Part shown: positions 38,321 to 47,821 of the stretch, in pieces
Layout of the letters: the number at the start of each line of letters is the position of its first letter
Numbering within the stretch: position 1 is the first letter of the stretch
Virus record (IMG/VR): IMGVR_UViG_3300034161_000008
Span: 41,369 to 105,368 of that record
Reading direction: 5' to 3' (one strand)
Source: a virus
Length of the DNA: 64,000 nucleotides
Notes under the pieces: model-generated
What the model saw: only the letters and a program-made list of their open reading frames with translations
What the model was told of the DNA's origin: nothing
The model's database searches: none
Translations under genes and position numbers: made by a program

Positions 38321-40492
38321 ATGGCAGTCACTGATCTCGTAACTCCGTACCCGTTTGATCCCACGGGTGCGCTGTTGTCAAACCTCGTAACGAGTGAGCA
38401 ACAGATCGTAACACCCCCCAATTTCCGGGATTTTTACTTCCTGATTCCTAAAGCAGCTCCGTACTTCGGTGACAGCCTTGTAATCACGCTCAAAGACCTG
38501 GAGAACCAATCACGCACACTTAAGGAAGGGGTGGATTACTACCCGACTCACCGATTCATTTCGGCTTCCCGCGCGACAGCCAAACCGATCTACGGATCGA
38601 TTACTCTTTTGGACAAAGAGCTGTCTGGCGTAGTTACGCTCAAGTACCAAACGATTGGTGGTATTTGGACTATCGACGAGCAAACTGCCGCCGAAGTTCT
38701 GGCCAACACTCTGCTCAACCCACGGATCACTTCGTGGGAAGTTGTTGTCGACCAACCGATTGCATTCCCTCCTATCGATCATGAGTGGGATCTGGTCGAT
38801 ATGGTGGGTGCAACTGAGATGGTTGAAGCAATCGACCGTATCACTGCTGCACTGAACGAATCCGGCGGCAATGCCATCACGCAACACATTGCTGACCTCC
38901 AAAACCCGCATAAGACCACAGCCACGCAAGTAGGCCTCGGTAACGTGCAGAACTACGCGATCGCTACCGACCCAGAAGCGACGGCTGGACTGCGCAACGA
39001 CGTTTACATGACTGCCCTGCGAGTGAAATCTGCAATCTCGTTCCAGGCTGGTGCTTTGCTCAAGAACCACACTGATGACCACGCGAACCCTCACGTCGTC
39101 ACCAAGCAACAAGTGGGCTTGGGCGTTGTAGACAACTTCGCCACAGCGACCAACACGGAAACTGTAGCAGGTGCTTTGTCGAACCGCTTTACCACTCCGG
39201 CTGGCGTTAAGGCTGCGATTGATAACTTCTCCACTACGACCTTTGCGTCGCACGTCAACAACAAGCTGAACCCACACGAAGTGGATAAGCTGCAAGTTGG
39301 CTTGGCTTTGGTTGAGAACTTTGCACCTGCCGGTATCAACGATGCCCAAGCCGGTACTCGTAACGACATGTACATGACGCCGCTCCGTGTGCGTCAGGCT
39401 ATCCAGGCTTTGGCCGGTGGCGACATCGACGTTCACATTACCGACATGAACAACCCTCACCAGACCACCAAGGCTCAGGTTGGGTTGGGTAGCGTGCAGA
39501 ACTTTGGTGTGGCGGATTCGCCTACTACCATTGCCGGTACTTCGGTTAGCCTTTATACCACCCCGAAAGGCGTGGTTGACGCGATCAAGTCTCTGGTGGC
39601 CAACGACTACTTCGAGCACAGCATCAACACTGCAAACCCTCACCAAGTGACGGCTGAGCAAGTAGGTGCGTACACGAAGGCAGCAATCAACACGCTGCTG
39701 TCTGGTTATTTGCCCGTTAACGGCAAAGCAGTAGACAGTCACCTGTTCGATGGCTTGACTACCGATCAGGTTGCTCAGTACGTGTTGCTGGGTAAAGCTG
39801 CCAACTCGACGCTCTTCGACGGTCGTGACGTTGATACCTACAAGGCTTACGTCTTGCAAGGCAAGTCTGCGGACTCGACGTTGTTTGCTGGTCAAACGCT
39901 TCAGCAAGTAATTGCTGCTGCCGCTGCCGGTAGTGACTTCGAACCGTACACCGCTGCTCAGCGCATGCACAGTCTTGCTGCTCTGGTGGGTGCTGAAGCA
40001 TTCAACTGGACTCCAATTGGCCAAGTTAACTTCTCGGACAACGTGGACGCAGTAGCTGGCAACCCAGACACCCAGTGGTTTATTGCTGGCGCCGACGACA
40101 TCGCAGATTTGGCTTCCACCCTTTATTACGTACGTTGTTCTGTACGTAACGCAGGTACTGGGGCAGCGCGTCTTTCGGTACAAGTTCTGAACATGGCTGG
40201 CGTATCGACTGGCGCTCAATTTGGCTGGACGTACGACGCTACTGCCAAAACAGCAACTGTTTATCTGAAGACGGCTAAACGTCGTAACCAGATGACCGTG
40301 ACTGAGCTGAACAAGGGTGTCGGTGCTGTAATTGGTGCTGACAACGTTCTGGTCGTAGAACCTACCGGGATTACTTACGTCGTTGAAGACGGTCTGGCAA
40401 CCACCAGTCAAATGGCTGCAATGGAAGCTCAGATGGCCGATGCGGTCAAAGCGATCTCGCAAGCGTTCACGGGCATGGTGCCAGATGCCTAA
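38321..40492 (+). CDS. Tail fibre protein with NPH repeats (phiKZ gp145/146-like)
   Basis: AGGAG RBS then ATG 38321; five NPH..T..QVG repeats of about 61 aa and three short S.LF.G repeats. Confidence 0.8.
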   Translation: MAVTDLVTPYPFDPTGALLSNLVTSEQQIVTPPNFRDFYFLIPKAAPYFGDSLVITLKDLENQSRTLKEGVDYYPTHRFISASRATAKPIYGSITLLDKELSGVVTLKYQTIGGIWTIDEQTAAEVLANTLLNPRITSWEVVVDQPIAFPPIDHEWDLVDMVGATEMVEAIDRITAALNESGGNAITQHIADLQNPHKTTATQVGLGNVQNYAIATDPEATAGLRNDVYMTALRVKSAISFQAGALLKNHTDDHANPHVVTKQQVGLGVVDNFATATNTETVAGALSNRFTTPAGVKAAIDNFSTTTFASHVNNKLNPHEVDKLQVGLALVENFAPAGINDAQAGTRNDMYMTPLRVRQAIQALAGGDIDVHITDMNNPHQTTKAQVGLGSVQNFGVADSPTTIAGTSVSLYTTPKGVVDAIKSLVANDYFEHSINTANPHQVTAEQVGAYTKAAINTLLSGYLPVNGKAVDSHLFDGLTTDQVAQYVLLGKAANSTLFDGRDVDTYKAYVLQGKSADSTLFAGQTLQQVIAAAAAGSDFEPYTAAQRMHSLAALVGAEAFNWTPIGQVNFSDNVDAVAGNPDTQWFIAGADDIADLASTLYYVRCSVRNAGTGAARLSVQVLNMAGVSTGAQFGWTYDATAKTATVYLKTAKRRNQMTVTELNKGVGAVIGADNVLVVEPTGITYVVEDGLATTSQMAAMEAQMADAVKAISQAFTGMVPDA

Positions 40493-40527
40493 CGGCGAGT
40501 AAACCAATTCAAAGAAGGGCATCAAGA

Positions 40528-41970
40528 ATGACACCGCTCATCCTTAAGTATCCCCTCGACCTCACGGGCGTCAATCCGAACAACCTGGTCTTGGGTGAGC
40601 AACACGATCTCACGCGCCGCAAAGTGCGTGCTGTCGCAACGAACTATGGGCCCTTTTATACACAGGGGCTAAAGGTTTATGACGCAGCCACCGGGAAGCT
40701 TTTGATTCCGGGTACACCTGAGGAAGGTGGTCAGTACGTTGCGGCTGAACTTTACGAGGAAGCCACTCGTCGTTCGGCAAAAGAAGTCTGTGCAATCATC
40801 GTGATTACTGACCAGACGGTTGGTGATTCTATCAAACTCGACTACCAAGTCGTGGGTGGTGAGTTCAGTAGCTCCGTGTCTGTCATTGCACAGATGATCG
40901 AAGCGCTGAGTCTGGATGATCGACCAATCAAGTGGGGCGACATTCTGGGTAAACCAGATGCCTTCCCACCTGCTAAGCACTTGCACGACATCGGCGACAT
41001 CTACGGCTTCGAGTATCTGGTCGATGCTCTGGAACGTGTGCGTAACGCAATCCTCATGGGTGACGTTGCTTCGCACGATGAGATCTACCGTTACATCGAC
41101 CACTACGTCGATGACCTGACTGCACAAATCAATGCGCAGGCTGGTGCACTGAACGACCACAAGAACGACCACGGTAACCCGCACGTCGTGACAAAAGCCC
41201 AAGTTGGTTTGGGTTCGGTCGACAACTTTGCTACGGCGACTCAGACTCAGGCCGAACAGGGTACGTTGAACAACCTGTTCATGACTCCGCTGCGTACGTA
41301 TCAGGCGATTCAGTTTGTGGCCGGTAAGGCACTGACTGCTCACTTGGAAGACTTCAACAACCCACACCAAACCACCAAAGCGCAGGTAGGTCTGAGTAAC
41401 GTTGATAACTTCGCGACAGCTTCTGAAGCAGAAGCCCGCCAAGGTACTTCCTCGACGCGTTTCATGACTCCGCTGAACGTGGCTCAAGCTATTGCCACTC
41501 AAGCGTCCGGTCCACTGAACGCTCACTTGGCAGATCACAACAACCCTCACGTTGTAACCAAGGCTCAAGTTGGCCTCGGTTCGGTTGATAACTTCGCCAC
41601 CGCCACTGCTCAACAAGCGGCTGCCGGTACGTCGACTTCCAACTTCGTGACGCCTGCCGGTGTGAAGGCTTTCGCTGACGCGCAAATCTGGCCGACGCTG
41701 AACGCACACATCAACAACCAGTCCAACCCGCACAACACGACTGCTGCTCAAGTCGGGGCATACACCCAACAGCAAACCAACGACCTGCTGGCTCAACGCC
41801 TGCCAATCGGTGGTACTGCGGTGAACTCCAACGCGCTGGGTGGCTACGACATCAACACCGTACTGGCTCTGGCTTATAACCAGATCGGGACCATGGGCAA
41901 GCGCAACCTCTACGTATCTCCGGCCGATCCGTCCGGCGGTGCCAACGGCGACGTTTGGTTCAAGTATTAA
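40528..41970 (+). CDS. Tail fibre protein with NPH repeats (paralog of the upstream fibre)
   Basis: Shared N-terminus YP.D.TG...NLV..E, FPP..H..D, four NPH repeats; ends VSPADPSGGANGDVWFKY. Confidence 0.8.
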   Translation: MTPLILKYPLDLTGVNPNNLVLGEQHDLTRRKVRAVATNYGPFYTQGLKVYDAATGKLLIPGTPEEGGQYVAAELYEEATRRSAKEVCAIIVITDQTVGDSIKLDYQVVGGEFSSSVSVIAQMIEALSLDDRPIKWGDILGKPDAFPPAKHLHDIGDIYGFEYLVDALERVRNAILMGDVASHDEIYRYIDHYVDDLTAQINAQAGALNDHKNDHGNPHVVTKAQVGLGSVDNFATATQTQAEQGTLNNLFMTPLRTYQAIQFVAGKALTAHLEDFNNPHQTTKAQVGLSNVDNFATASEAEARQGTSSTRFMTPLNVAQAIATQASGPLNAHLADHNNPHVVTKAQVGLGSVDNFATATAQQAAAGTSTSNFVTPAGVKAFADAQIWPTLNAHINNQSNPHNTTAAQVGAYTQQQTNDLLAQRLPIGGTAVNSNALGGYDINTVLALAYNQIGTMGKRNLYVSPADPSGGANGDVWFKY

Positions 41971-41983
41971 TAGGAGGTGAGTA

Positions 41984-42793
41984 ATGTCAATCTCCTATAA
42001 CACCGGTGGTGGCTACCTCAAGATCAAGCAACCGTGGATCAACATCAACGGTGGCTGGTATCCTGCCAAGAAAGTCTCGTACAATCTTGGTGGGACTTGG
42101 AAAGAAGTGTGGCCAATGCAGCGTGTTTACACTTGGGTTGGGACAGGGTACGGACTGAACATCCAAGCCCTGTTTGGCTATCCAACTGAACCTGCCCAGT
42201 TCATCTTCATCAACAACGGCGTGATCGGTGGTTCTGGCAAAGACTTTGCTTTGATCACCGGTACATTCCCAGCCGGTTCCACGCTGACGATCATCAACAA
42301 CGGCTATATCCAGGGTATGGGTGGTGAAGGTGCGAGCTACTTGGGTCGCAACATTTACAACAACGCAGGTGTAGGCGGCAACGCTCTGTACCTGCAATAC
42401 CCAACCGACCTCCAGAACAACGGCTACATCTGGGGTGGCGGTGGTGGCGGTGGTGCTGGTTCTGAAGTGGGTGGTTCCAACGACAACTCGGCTCCGGGTG
42501 GCGGTGGTGCTGGTGTTCCTGGTGGTGTAACTAACCTCTCGCCTTGGCGTCCGGGTTACTACTACGCAGCTACCCCCGGTACACAAACGGCGGGTGGTGT
42601 TAACCCATCGTGGGGTGGTAACGGCGTGGGTGGTGGTCCTGGCCTGGCTGGCGGGAACTGGTTCGTCGCCATTGGTTCGAGTGCGATTTACATGTCCGCT
42701 GGTGCAGGGCCAGGTAAGTCGATTATCAATACCGGTTATCTGACGTCCATCACTGGCAACAACAGTAACCAAGTCAGAGGTCCAATGACATGA
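41984..42793 (+). CDS. Glycine-rich receptor-binding adhesin (T2/S16 gp38-like)
   Basis: TLTIINNGYIQGMGGEG, GGNAL, NNGYIWGGGGGGG, PGGGGAG polyglycine motifs. Confidence 0.8.
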   Translation: MSISYNTGGGYLKIKQPWININGGWYPAKKVSYNLGGTWKEVWPMQRVYTWVGTGYGLNIQALFGYPTEPAQFIFINNGVIGGSGKDFALITGTFPAGSTLTIINNGYIQGMGGEGASYLGRNIYNNAGVGGNALYLQYPTDLQNNGYIWGGGGGGGAGSEVGGSNDNSAPGGGGAGVPGGVTNLSPWRPGYYYAATPGTQTAGGVNPSWGGNGVGGGPGLAGGNWFVAIGSSAIYMSAGAGPGKSIINTGYLTSITGNNSNQVRGPMT

Positions 42794-43485
42794 CAGAAAA
42801 CCAAACTGCTGGGTTGTTCCTTGTGGGCAACCTGGTACTCGGTGACAAAACCATCCAGCAGGCTTTCTGCCGGATCATCGAGGCTACTCTGTGCAGTGCG
42901 CAGTCTCCCCAAACGGCACGATTGCTCACTTACAAGGTGGGCGTTTGGGATCATGAACCTGCTCCAGCTGAAAAGCCTCAGGTCTACGCCTGCGGTGCTT
43001 CTAAACAAAGCACATTCAGCTTGCGTGTGGGTTTGGACTTGGTCCTCGATTTGGAGACCGTGCAGTCCAACGCGATCAAGCATTTCCTGACATTGGTGGT
43101 GATGGGTAAGCCTATCCGAACCACTGAGGATTCGATGGTGCAACTCTACAGCGCTAACCAAGCGCCGTGGACTCACGCTACCGAAGACTTGGGCATGACG
43201 TTCTCTCTGAGCGACGTCCAGCATCATGTCAACTACCGGGCAGTAGACGGTGAGGCTTTGGGCTTGCTGTACAGCCAGACGTCTTACAAGGCCGTTGTGC
43301 TGAACAACAGAGTAGTCAAGGACATCAACTGGGGCCGTATCGATTGGGCTGCGATTCCTCGCATCACTTTCGCCAGTGAGTTCACTGATCCAACCACCAT
43401 GGTGTCGGAAGCAGCTGCAAACTTCCAGACCCCTGGAGTCCAGTCTGCTTTCCTCGCCAGTATTCGAAAGCAACAGGCAGGTTAA
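42790..43485 (+). CDS. Hypothetical protein
   Basis: 231 aa, ATGA-coupled. Confidence 0.65.
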   Translation: MTENQTAGLFLVGNLVLGDKTIQQAFCRIIEATLCSAQSPQTARLLTYKVGVWDHEPAPAEKPQVYACGASKQSTFSLRVGLDLVLDLETVQSNAIKHFLTLVVMGKPIRTTEDSMVQLYSANQAPWTHATEDLGMTFSLSDVQHHVNYRAVDGEALGLLYSQTSYKAVVLNNRVVKDINWGRIDWAAIPRITFASEFTDPTTMVSEAAANFQTPGVQSAFLASIRKQQAG

Positions 43486-43488
43486 CAA

Positions 43489-44031
43489 ATGGATTTCACT
43501 CCTTCGCTCCTTCGTAAGCAAGACATCCCCGAGGCAGGTTATTCTCTCTATGCGTGGCCTTGTGTGCGCGCTTCTGAGTACCTTGGGGAAGATTGCTGGC
43601 AAACCATCAAGGCTTTGAAGTTCGGCGTCCCTGAGGGCGTTGGCAACGAAGACTATAAAGACGTTACCATCACGGTTCCAGCTGGGTACATTGTGCTGCG
43701 TCAAAAGCTGCCATGGACTCTGCGATGGCTGGCTCCGATTTGGGGGCGGCATCAAACTGCCTCGATTCTCTATCAGTTCATGAGTGAGCAGTCGACGGCA
43801 ATGGTTGGTGGCAAGCTGCATCGTTGGACTCGGCGTGAAGTCCATTACTCTGTACTGGGTACGATCGGCAACGACATTCGTATCCCGGTTTGGAAACGAC
43901 TGGTAATGACTGCGCACTTTGCGTGGTTGGCACGCAAGCGTTACTACGACGCTGCGCCCACGGAAACCCGTCTGTTCTTTGAAATCGAAATGGAACAGAA
44001 CCGAGCCCAAAAAAAGGCGGTGAGTAAATGA
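43489..44031 (+). CDS. DUF1353-like protein (degenerate)
   Basis: ITVPAGY...P...W...P.WG....A pattern; located next to the endolysin. Confidence 0.5.
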   Translation: MDFTPSLLRKQDIPEAGYSLYAWPCVRASEYLGEDCWQTIKALKFGVPEGVGNEDYKDVTITVPAGYIVLRQKLPWTLRWLAPIWGRHQTASILYQFMSEQSTAMVGGKLHRWTRREVHYSVLGTIGNDIRIPVWKRLVMTAHFAWLARKRYYDAAPTETRLFFEIEMEQNRAQKKAVSK

Positions 44032-44639
44032 TCGAGTTAACCGATACACGCGACCAGATGATCACCCGCATCGCTGGCGTGGAAGCGGGCTACGTGAACA
44101 ACCCGAACGACAAAGGCGGTGAAACCAATCACGGTATCACCAAAGCGGTCGCTCTGGAAAACTCTGCTGACTTGCAAAAGCTGTTCCAGTGGGACGGCAC
44201 CATGAAGAATCTGTCCTCGGCGGCAGCTTTGTGGATCTACAAGCAGAAATACTGGGACAAGATGATGCTGGATGCGATCTATCAAATCTCGCCTTCGTGC
44301 GCAGACAAGATGCTCGACATCGGTATCAACTCCGGTACTGCTGCGTCCGTTACGATCTTGCAGAAGTTCCTTTCTGCTTTGAACGTGCAGGCGACCCTGT
44401 ACCCTGATCTGGCGCTGGATGGCGGGATGGGCACCAAGACTATTGGTGCACTGAACACGTTGATTGCCAAGCGCGGTCAGAAAGAAGTGGTTCAACGCCT
44501 GGCCATGACTTTGATGTCGTACCAAGTGGTGAATGCGATCGAGATCTCCAACGGCCGTGCCGCAAACGAAACGTTCACCTGGGGTTGGTTGAACCGTCAG
44601 TGGGATGGTGTGATTCGTTACATCGGTCTGACCAAGTAA
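44028..44639 (+). CDS. Endolysin, glycoside hydrolase family 108 with peptidoglycan-binding domain
   Basis: EAGYVNNPNDKGGETNHGIT, DIGINSG, DGGMGTKT, FTWGWLNR. Confidence 0.92.
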   Translation: MIELTDTRDQMITRIAGVEAGYVNNPNDKGGETNHGITKAVALENSADLQKLFQWDGTMKNLSSAAALWIYKQKYWDKMMLDAIYQISPSCADKMLDIGINSGTAASVTILQKFLSALNVQATLYPDLALDGGMGTKTIGALNTLIAKRGQKEVVQRLAMTLMSYQVVNAIEISNGRAANETFTWGWLNRQWDGVIRYIGLTK

Positions 44640-44643
44640 TCGC

Positions 44644-44670
44644 AGCCCGTCCACTTCGGTGGGCGGGTTT
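44644..44670 (+). terminator. UUCG-loop hairpin after the endolysin gene
   Basis: agcccgtccac-TTCG-gtgggcgggtt-t, short U tract. Confidence 0.55.
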
Positions 44671-44687
44671 CACACTGGAGACTCATC

Positions 44688-45266
44688 GTGGAAAACGATT
44701 ACAACAAACCCTCAGAAGTGCTGGTATACGACCTGATCGTTTATGCCAACGGAACGGCAGTCCCACATTCGGATCTAGTGTTCGGTTTGCCAGAAGCGTT
44801 CGCTCCTTATGCCTCAGATCCACTTCGGCGAGATACGCGCGTTACTGTTTCAGCTTTGTTGTATCCATTTGCCCGCCAAAGAGGCAAAGTGGTACTGACG
44901 TATCGCCGTTTAGCACTGGAACAATTTATACCAGAGTTTGAAGACGTACCGATTGAAGTTCTACGTCTGCCATTCACTGCGCACCAAGTCCTACCACAGA
45001 TCAACGCACGCTACGGCTTGAGTCTGTCTGTGCTGGACATTGAAGACACTTTGTTTAGCGAAGCATCGACAACCTACGGCATCAAGGCTCGAGCAGAGTC
45101 GTTGGCGTGGCAAGGCGTGCTTGAGATCGAGACGACTTACATCGAGACTCGATTGGACGAACTGATCCGCGTGACTTCCCTTGATGGTTTCCATTACGTG
45201 AACTACCAAGGCGATCTTAGCGATCTGATCGTCGAGACACAACTCAGTGGTTTTGATGCGGCATAA
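44688..45266 (+). CDS. Baseplate/tail paralog family member (phiKZ gp131-135-like N-terminal domain)
   Basis: Y.RL.L..F...LP.T...L..IN.RYG...A...SL.W.G shared with the ORFs at 48768-52235. Confidence 0.7.
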   Translation: MENDYNKPSEVLVYDLIVYANGTAVPHSDLVFGLPEAFAPYASDPLRRDTRVTVSALLYPFARQRGKVVLTYRRLALEQFIPEFEDVPIEVLRLPFTAHQVLPQINARYGLSLSVLDIEDTLFSEASTTYGIKARAESLAWQGVLEIETTYIETRLDELIRVTSLDGFHYVNYQGDLSDLIVETQLSGFDAA

Positions 45267-45327
45267 GGCACCTCCCTGAAGCATCCTAGCCTTTAGAGGG
45301 CTCAGGTGCTTCAGGGAGGCTCTATGC
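45261..45327. terminator. Long bidirectional CATA-hairpin-TATG element
   Basis: gCATAa (includes the stop codon)...cctccctgaagca...tgcttcagggagg...cTATGc. Confidence 0.75.
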
Positions 45328-45391
45328 TGCTGCGTAAGGCGTTTGCTACACAAACCGATACCATTTAAAGGCTACCTGTCTGTCACGGCTC

Positions 45392-46027
45392 TCAGATGCC
45401 TGTGGAGACTTTCTGATTCTTGGTCAGGAACTCTTGAGAGTAGAGTGCAGTTACGCGCGCTTCTTCTTCAGGAGTACGTTGGCCATTGCCGTTGGTGATG
45501 ATGTCGCGGAACTCAATCGGGAGAGGCGGAACCGCGTCTTGACGATTCTTCACTTCCAGATCGATCTTGCACCAGTCGTAGTAACCACCTTCAGGTTTGT
45601 GGAACATGTCCACTTCCCATACAAGGTCACTGCCATCCACCGGGAAGAAGTAACGATCCTTGATCATGCCTTTGTCGCTCAAATACTTGAACGACTCAAA
45701 CATGGCCACCGTGGTTGGGACGGGCACTTCGATCTTGTCACCAGCGCCATTGAGCTGGACTTTGGAGGTGAGTACGTACTCGGCTTCCGAAGCACCGTCT
45801 TTGACAGTCTTTCGAATGCGGATCGAGCCCTTCGCAGCGTTCTCAGCAGTTTTACCTACCTTGATTTCCCACTGCTCTTGATACTCTTTGTGGGATGCTT
45901 TAAGCAACTCATCCATGTCCGCCAAGCGTGCGTAGAACGTATGCTCGACTTCCTTGAAGGCTTTGCCATCAGCAACCTCCTCCAGAGCAAAGGAGCCATG
46001 AATAGCCCCCAACAATAATCTGCCCAT
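45392..46027 (-). CDS. CYTH (triphosphate tunnel metalloenzyme) domain protein
   Basis: KEVEHTF, IRIRK, LTSK, IKDRY, WEVD, IDLE; GAGG RBS before ATG 46027. Confidence 0.8.
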   Translation of the reverse strand: MGRLLLGAIHGSFALEEVADGKAFKEVEHTFYARLADMDELLKASHKEYQEQWEIKVGKTAENAAKGSIRIRKTVKDGASEAEYVLTSKVQLNGAGDKIEVPVPTTVAMFESFKYLSDKGMIKDRYFFPVDGSDLVWEVDMFHKPEGGYYDWCKIDLEVKNRQDAVPPLPIEFRDIITNGNGQRTPEEEARVTALYSQEFLTKNQKVSTGI

Positions 46028-46036
46028 CTGCAACCT

Positions 46037-46531
46037 CTAGGAACTTGGAGCCATCCATAACTGGAAGACTGGAATAATTGACTGTGCGAGGCTCACCATC
46101 CCGCTGAAGAACGGGATATCTGGGATTGCACCAGACTTGATGCCGATCACACAAACGGTCGTAACGAGGACCACTACACAGAATATGGCTGCGTAAGTGC
46201 CCATCTTTACCAACCATCGAAAGAGCTTTCGGTCTTCCAGTTGATCCAGTTGCTGGACCGAGAGATGAGGTACTCCGCATGCGTCGCTGAGTCCTGGCGT
46301 CTGCTTGTTGAGCAGTGGAGCCAGTGCTTCGGCTTGCAGGTTGGGTGGCAGCGTCAACAACGCGGCTTTAAGCTCCTTCCCTGGAGACTTTGGCGTGAGG
46401 ACAGTGAGCTGGGGAAAGAACTTCACCCAGCCATTGATAGTTTCCCCGATTTCCCAGACACCCGGAAACGAATCCAGTGGCGCTTCCGAATCGTCAGGGA
46501 TAAAACTAAGTGCGTCGTTTACGAGCTCCAT
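46037..46531 (-). CDS. Membrane protein, holin candidate
   Basis: One clear and one possible C-terminal transmembrane segment; directly downstream of the spanin pair. Confidence 0.45.
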   Translation of the reverse strand: MELVNDALSFIPDDSEAPLDSFPGVWEIGETINGWVKFFPQLTVLTPKSPGKELKAALLTLPPNLQAEALAPLLNKQTPGLSDACGVPHLSVQQLDQLEDRKLFRWLVKMGTYAAIFCVVVLVTTVCVIGIKSGAIPDIPFFSGMVSLAQSIIPVFQLWMAPSS

Positions 46532-46538
46532 AAAGCAC

Positions 46539-46862
46539 CTATTTTATCGTCTGGAGTTGTTTGAGCTTCCATGCTCTTAACTCTGCCCATCGGGCATTGC
46601 AGATATTAGCAAGCGCGATCTGGCGCTTGATATTGTTGGTCAGCAGTTCTTCCCGGTCTGATTCGTTCAGCATCAGGTAGGCTGCGGTGAGGGGTGGTGG
46701 TTCAGCGAGACAATCCAGAAGCATTGCGTCGCTGGGCGCAACCAGTTTGATCTTTGTTGCTGGCGCCTGCACAATAGGTGTCCCACAACCCGTTAATGCG
46801 AGCAACGCTGATAGCATCAGCACGCTGCTTAACATTTTCAGGAGTCGCTGGCTTATCGGCAT
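46539..46862 (-). CDS. o-spanin (Rz1-like lipoprotein)
   Basis: Lipobox LALTG-C; APSDAMLLDC..PP; CN..W; overlaps the 3' end of the i-spanin gene; start uncertain (46862 or 46835). Confidence 0.75.
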   Translation of the reverse strand: MPISQRLLKMLSSVLMLSALLALTGCGTPIVQAPATKIKLVAPSDAMLLDCLAEPPPLTAAYLMLNESDREELLTNNIKRQIALANICNARWAELRAWKLKQLQTIK

Positions 46863-47172
46863 ATTCGCGCTTGATGTCTGCCACTTGCTGCTGTACTTCA
46901 TTGTCCACGACCTTTTGATCAACGTCGAGCTTAGTGACAGCCTGGATCGTCTTCACAGAAGACTCCTCGGTCACAGCGTCGGTTTTCTCAGTAAGGGCTT
47001 CGGTCGCACCGGCATCTTTCAGGGTCTGCCCCTGAACTGCATTGGTCGCTACGAGCGCTGTGTTTTCTTTCGAAAGGTGCTTGATCGCGAACCAACCCAG
47101 CGCCATCACCACTAACAACGCGATGATGATCTTGGTGCTAAGCGAAAGCTTTGAAAGCAATGCCTCAATCAT
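46702..47172 (-). CDS. i-spanin (Rz-like)
   Basis: ATG 47172 coupled to the ruvC stop; N-terminal transmembrane segment IIIALLVVMALGWFAI, coiled coil, C-terminal Cys pair. Confidence 0.75.
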   Translation of the reverse strand: MIEALLSKLSLSTKIIIALLVVMALGWFAIKHLSKENTALVATNAVQGQTLKDAGATEALTEKTDAVTEESSVKTIQAVTKLDVDQKVVDNEVQQQVADIKREYADKPATPENVKQRADAISVARINGLWDTYCAGASNKDQTGCAQRRNASGLSR

Positions 47173-47810
47173 TTCTTGCCCTTCTTCTTTTTCGGCTTCG
47201 GAGGAGCAGGCAGACGCAAAGGAATGCCAACCACCATTTGCCGAATTAAGTAAAAGCGCCAAAGCGCGATTGCTATTGCGTCAATGGAGTGTTCATCCAA
47301 CCACTCCAAAGGTATTTGCCCACAGTAGTTGAGCTCGTGAGCAATAGAGAGAATGGCTTCACGCACACTCTCTTTACCGCCCTGTACTTCAGCTCCAACA
47401 GCAACCTTGACCGAGGGAGGGTCGATCAAGATCAGCTGCTTCCAACCGTCGTGGCGCATCACTGCGTATCGAATGGCTGAAACTATTTCCGTCAACGCAC
47501 CGAAAGCTTGAGGCCTGCGGCGCGAGAAGAATGGGGATTCAGCCACAATGTCCAGTGGCCAAACGTAATTGAAGATGTCCTCCAATTCCTGCTGGAGGAA
47601 GAAGATTCGGGATGCGCGATCCCCGTGGACCTCAGACAACCAGATGTTGTGCTTGTTGAGTCGGCTGCCCGTCAAGGTCTTAGCCTCGACGGCAATCAGC
47701 TGAAATGTAACAAGGTCGAACTTCAGGATAGCCACACCAAGAGTTTCAGTCCCTGGGTCGATACCAACAATGGTTGCGTGATTTGCTGAATCGTGGGGGA
47801 TCGCTAACAT
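47169..47810 (-). CDS. ruvC: RuvC-like Holliday junction resolvase
   Basis: IVGIDPG, VAESPF, PPSVKVAVG, EHSIDAIAIA. Confidence 0.88.
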   Translation of the reverse strand: MLAIPHDSANHATIVGIDPGTETLGVAILKFDLVTFQLIAVEAKTLTGSRLNKHNIWLSEVHGDRASRIFFLQQELEDIFNYVWPLDIVAESPFFSRRRPQAFGALTEIVSAIRYAVMRHDGWKQLILIDPPSVKVAVGAEVQGGKESVREAILSIAHELNYCGQIPLEWLDEHSIDAIAIALWRFYLIRQMVVGIPLRLPAPPKPKKKKGKK

Positions 47811-47821
47811 CTTTAACTCAC

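Noticed and set aside
38880..41760. Regularly spaced repeats as a possible CRISPR array or DGR template
   Set aside because: Repeats are protein-level with synonymous divergence; no identical DNA repeat-spacer pattern and no reverse transcriptase in the window
38510..41796. 674-aa and 375-aa minus strand ORFs opposite the tail fibres
   Set aside because: Antisense shadows of repeat-containing fibre genes
45261..45390. Long structured intergenic region as a tRNA or ncRNA
   Set aside because: A single long hairpin without cloverleaf, TTC loop or CCA; fits the hairpin element family
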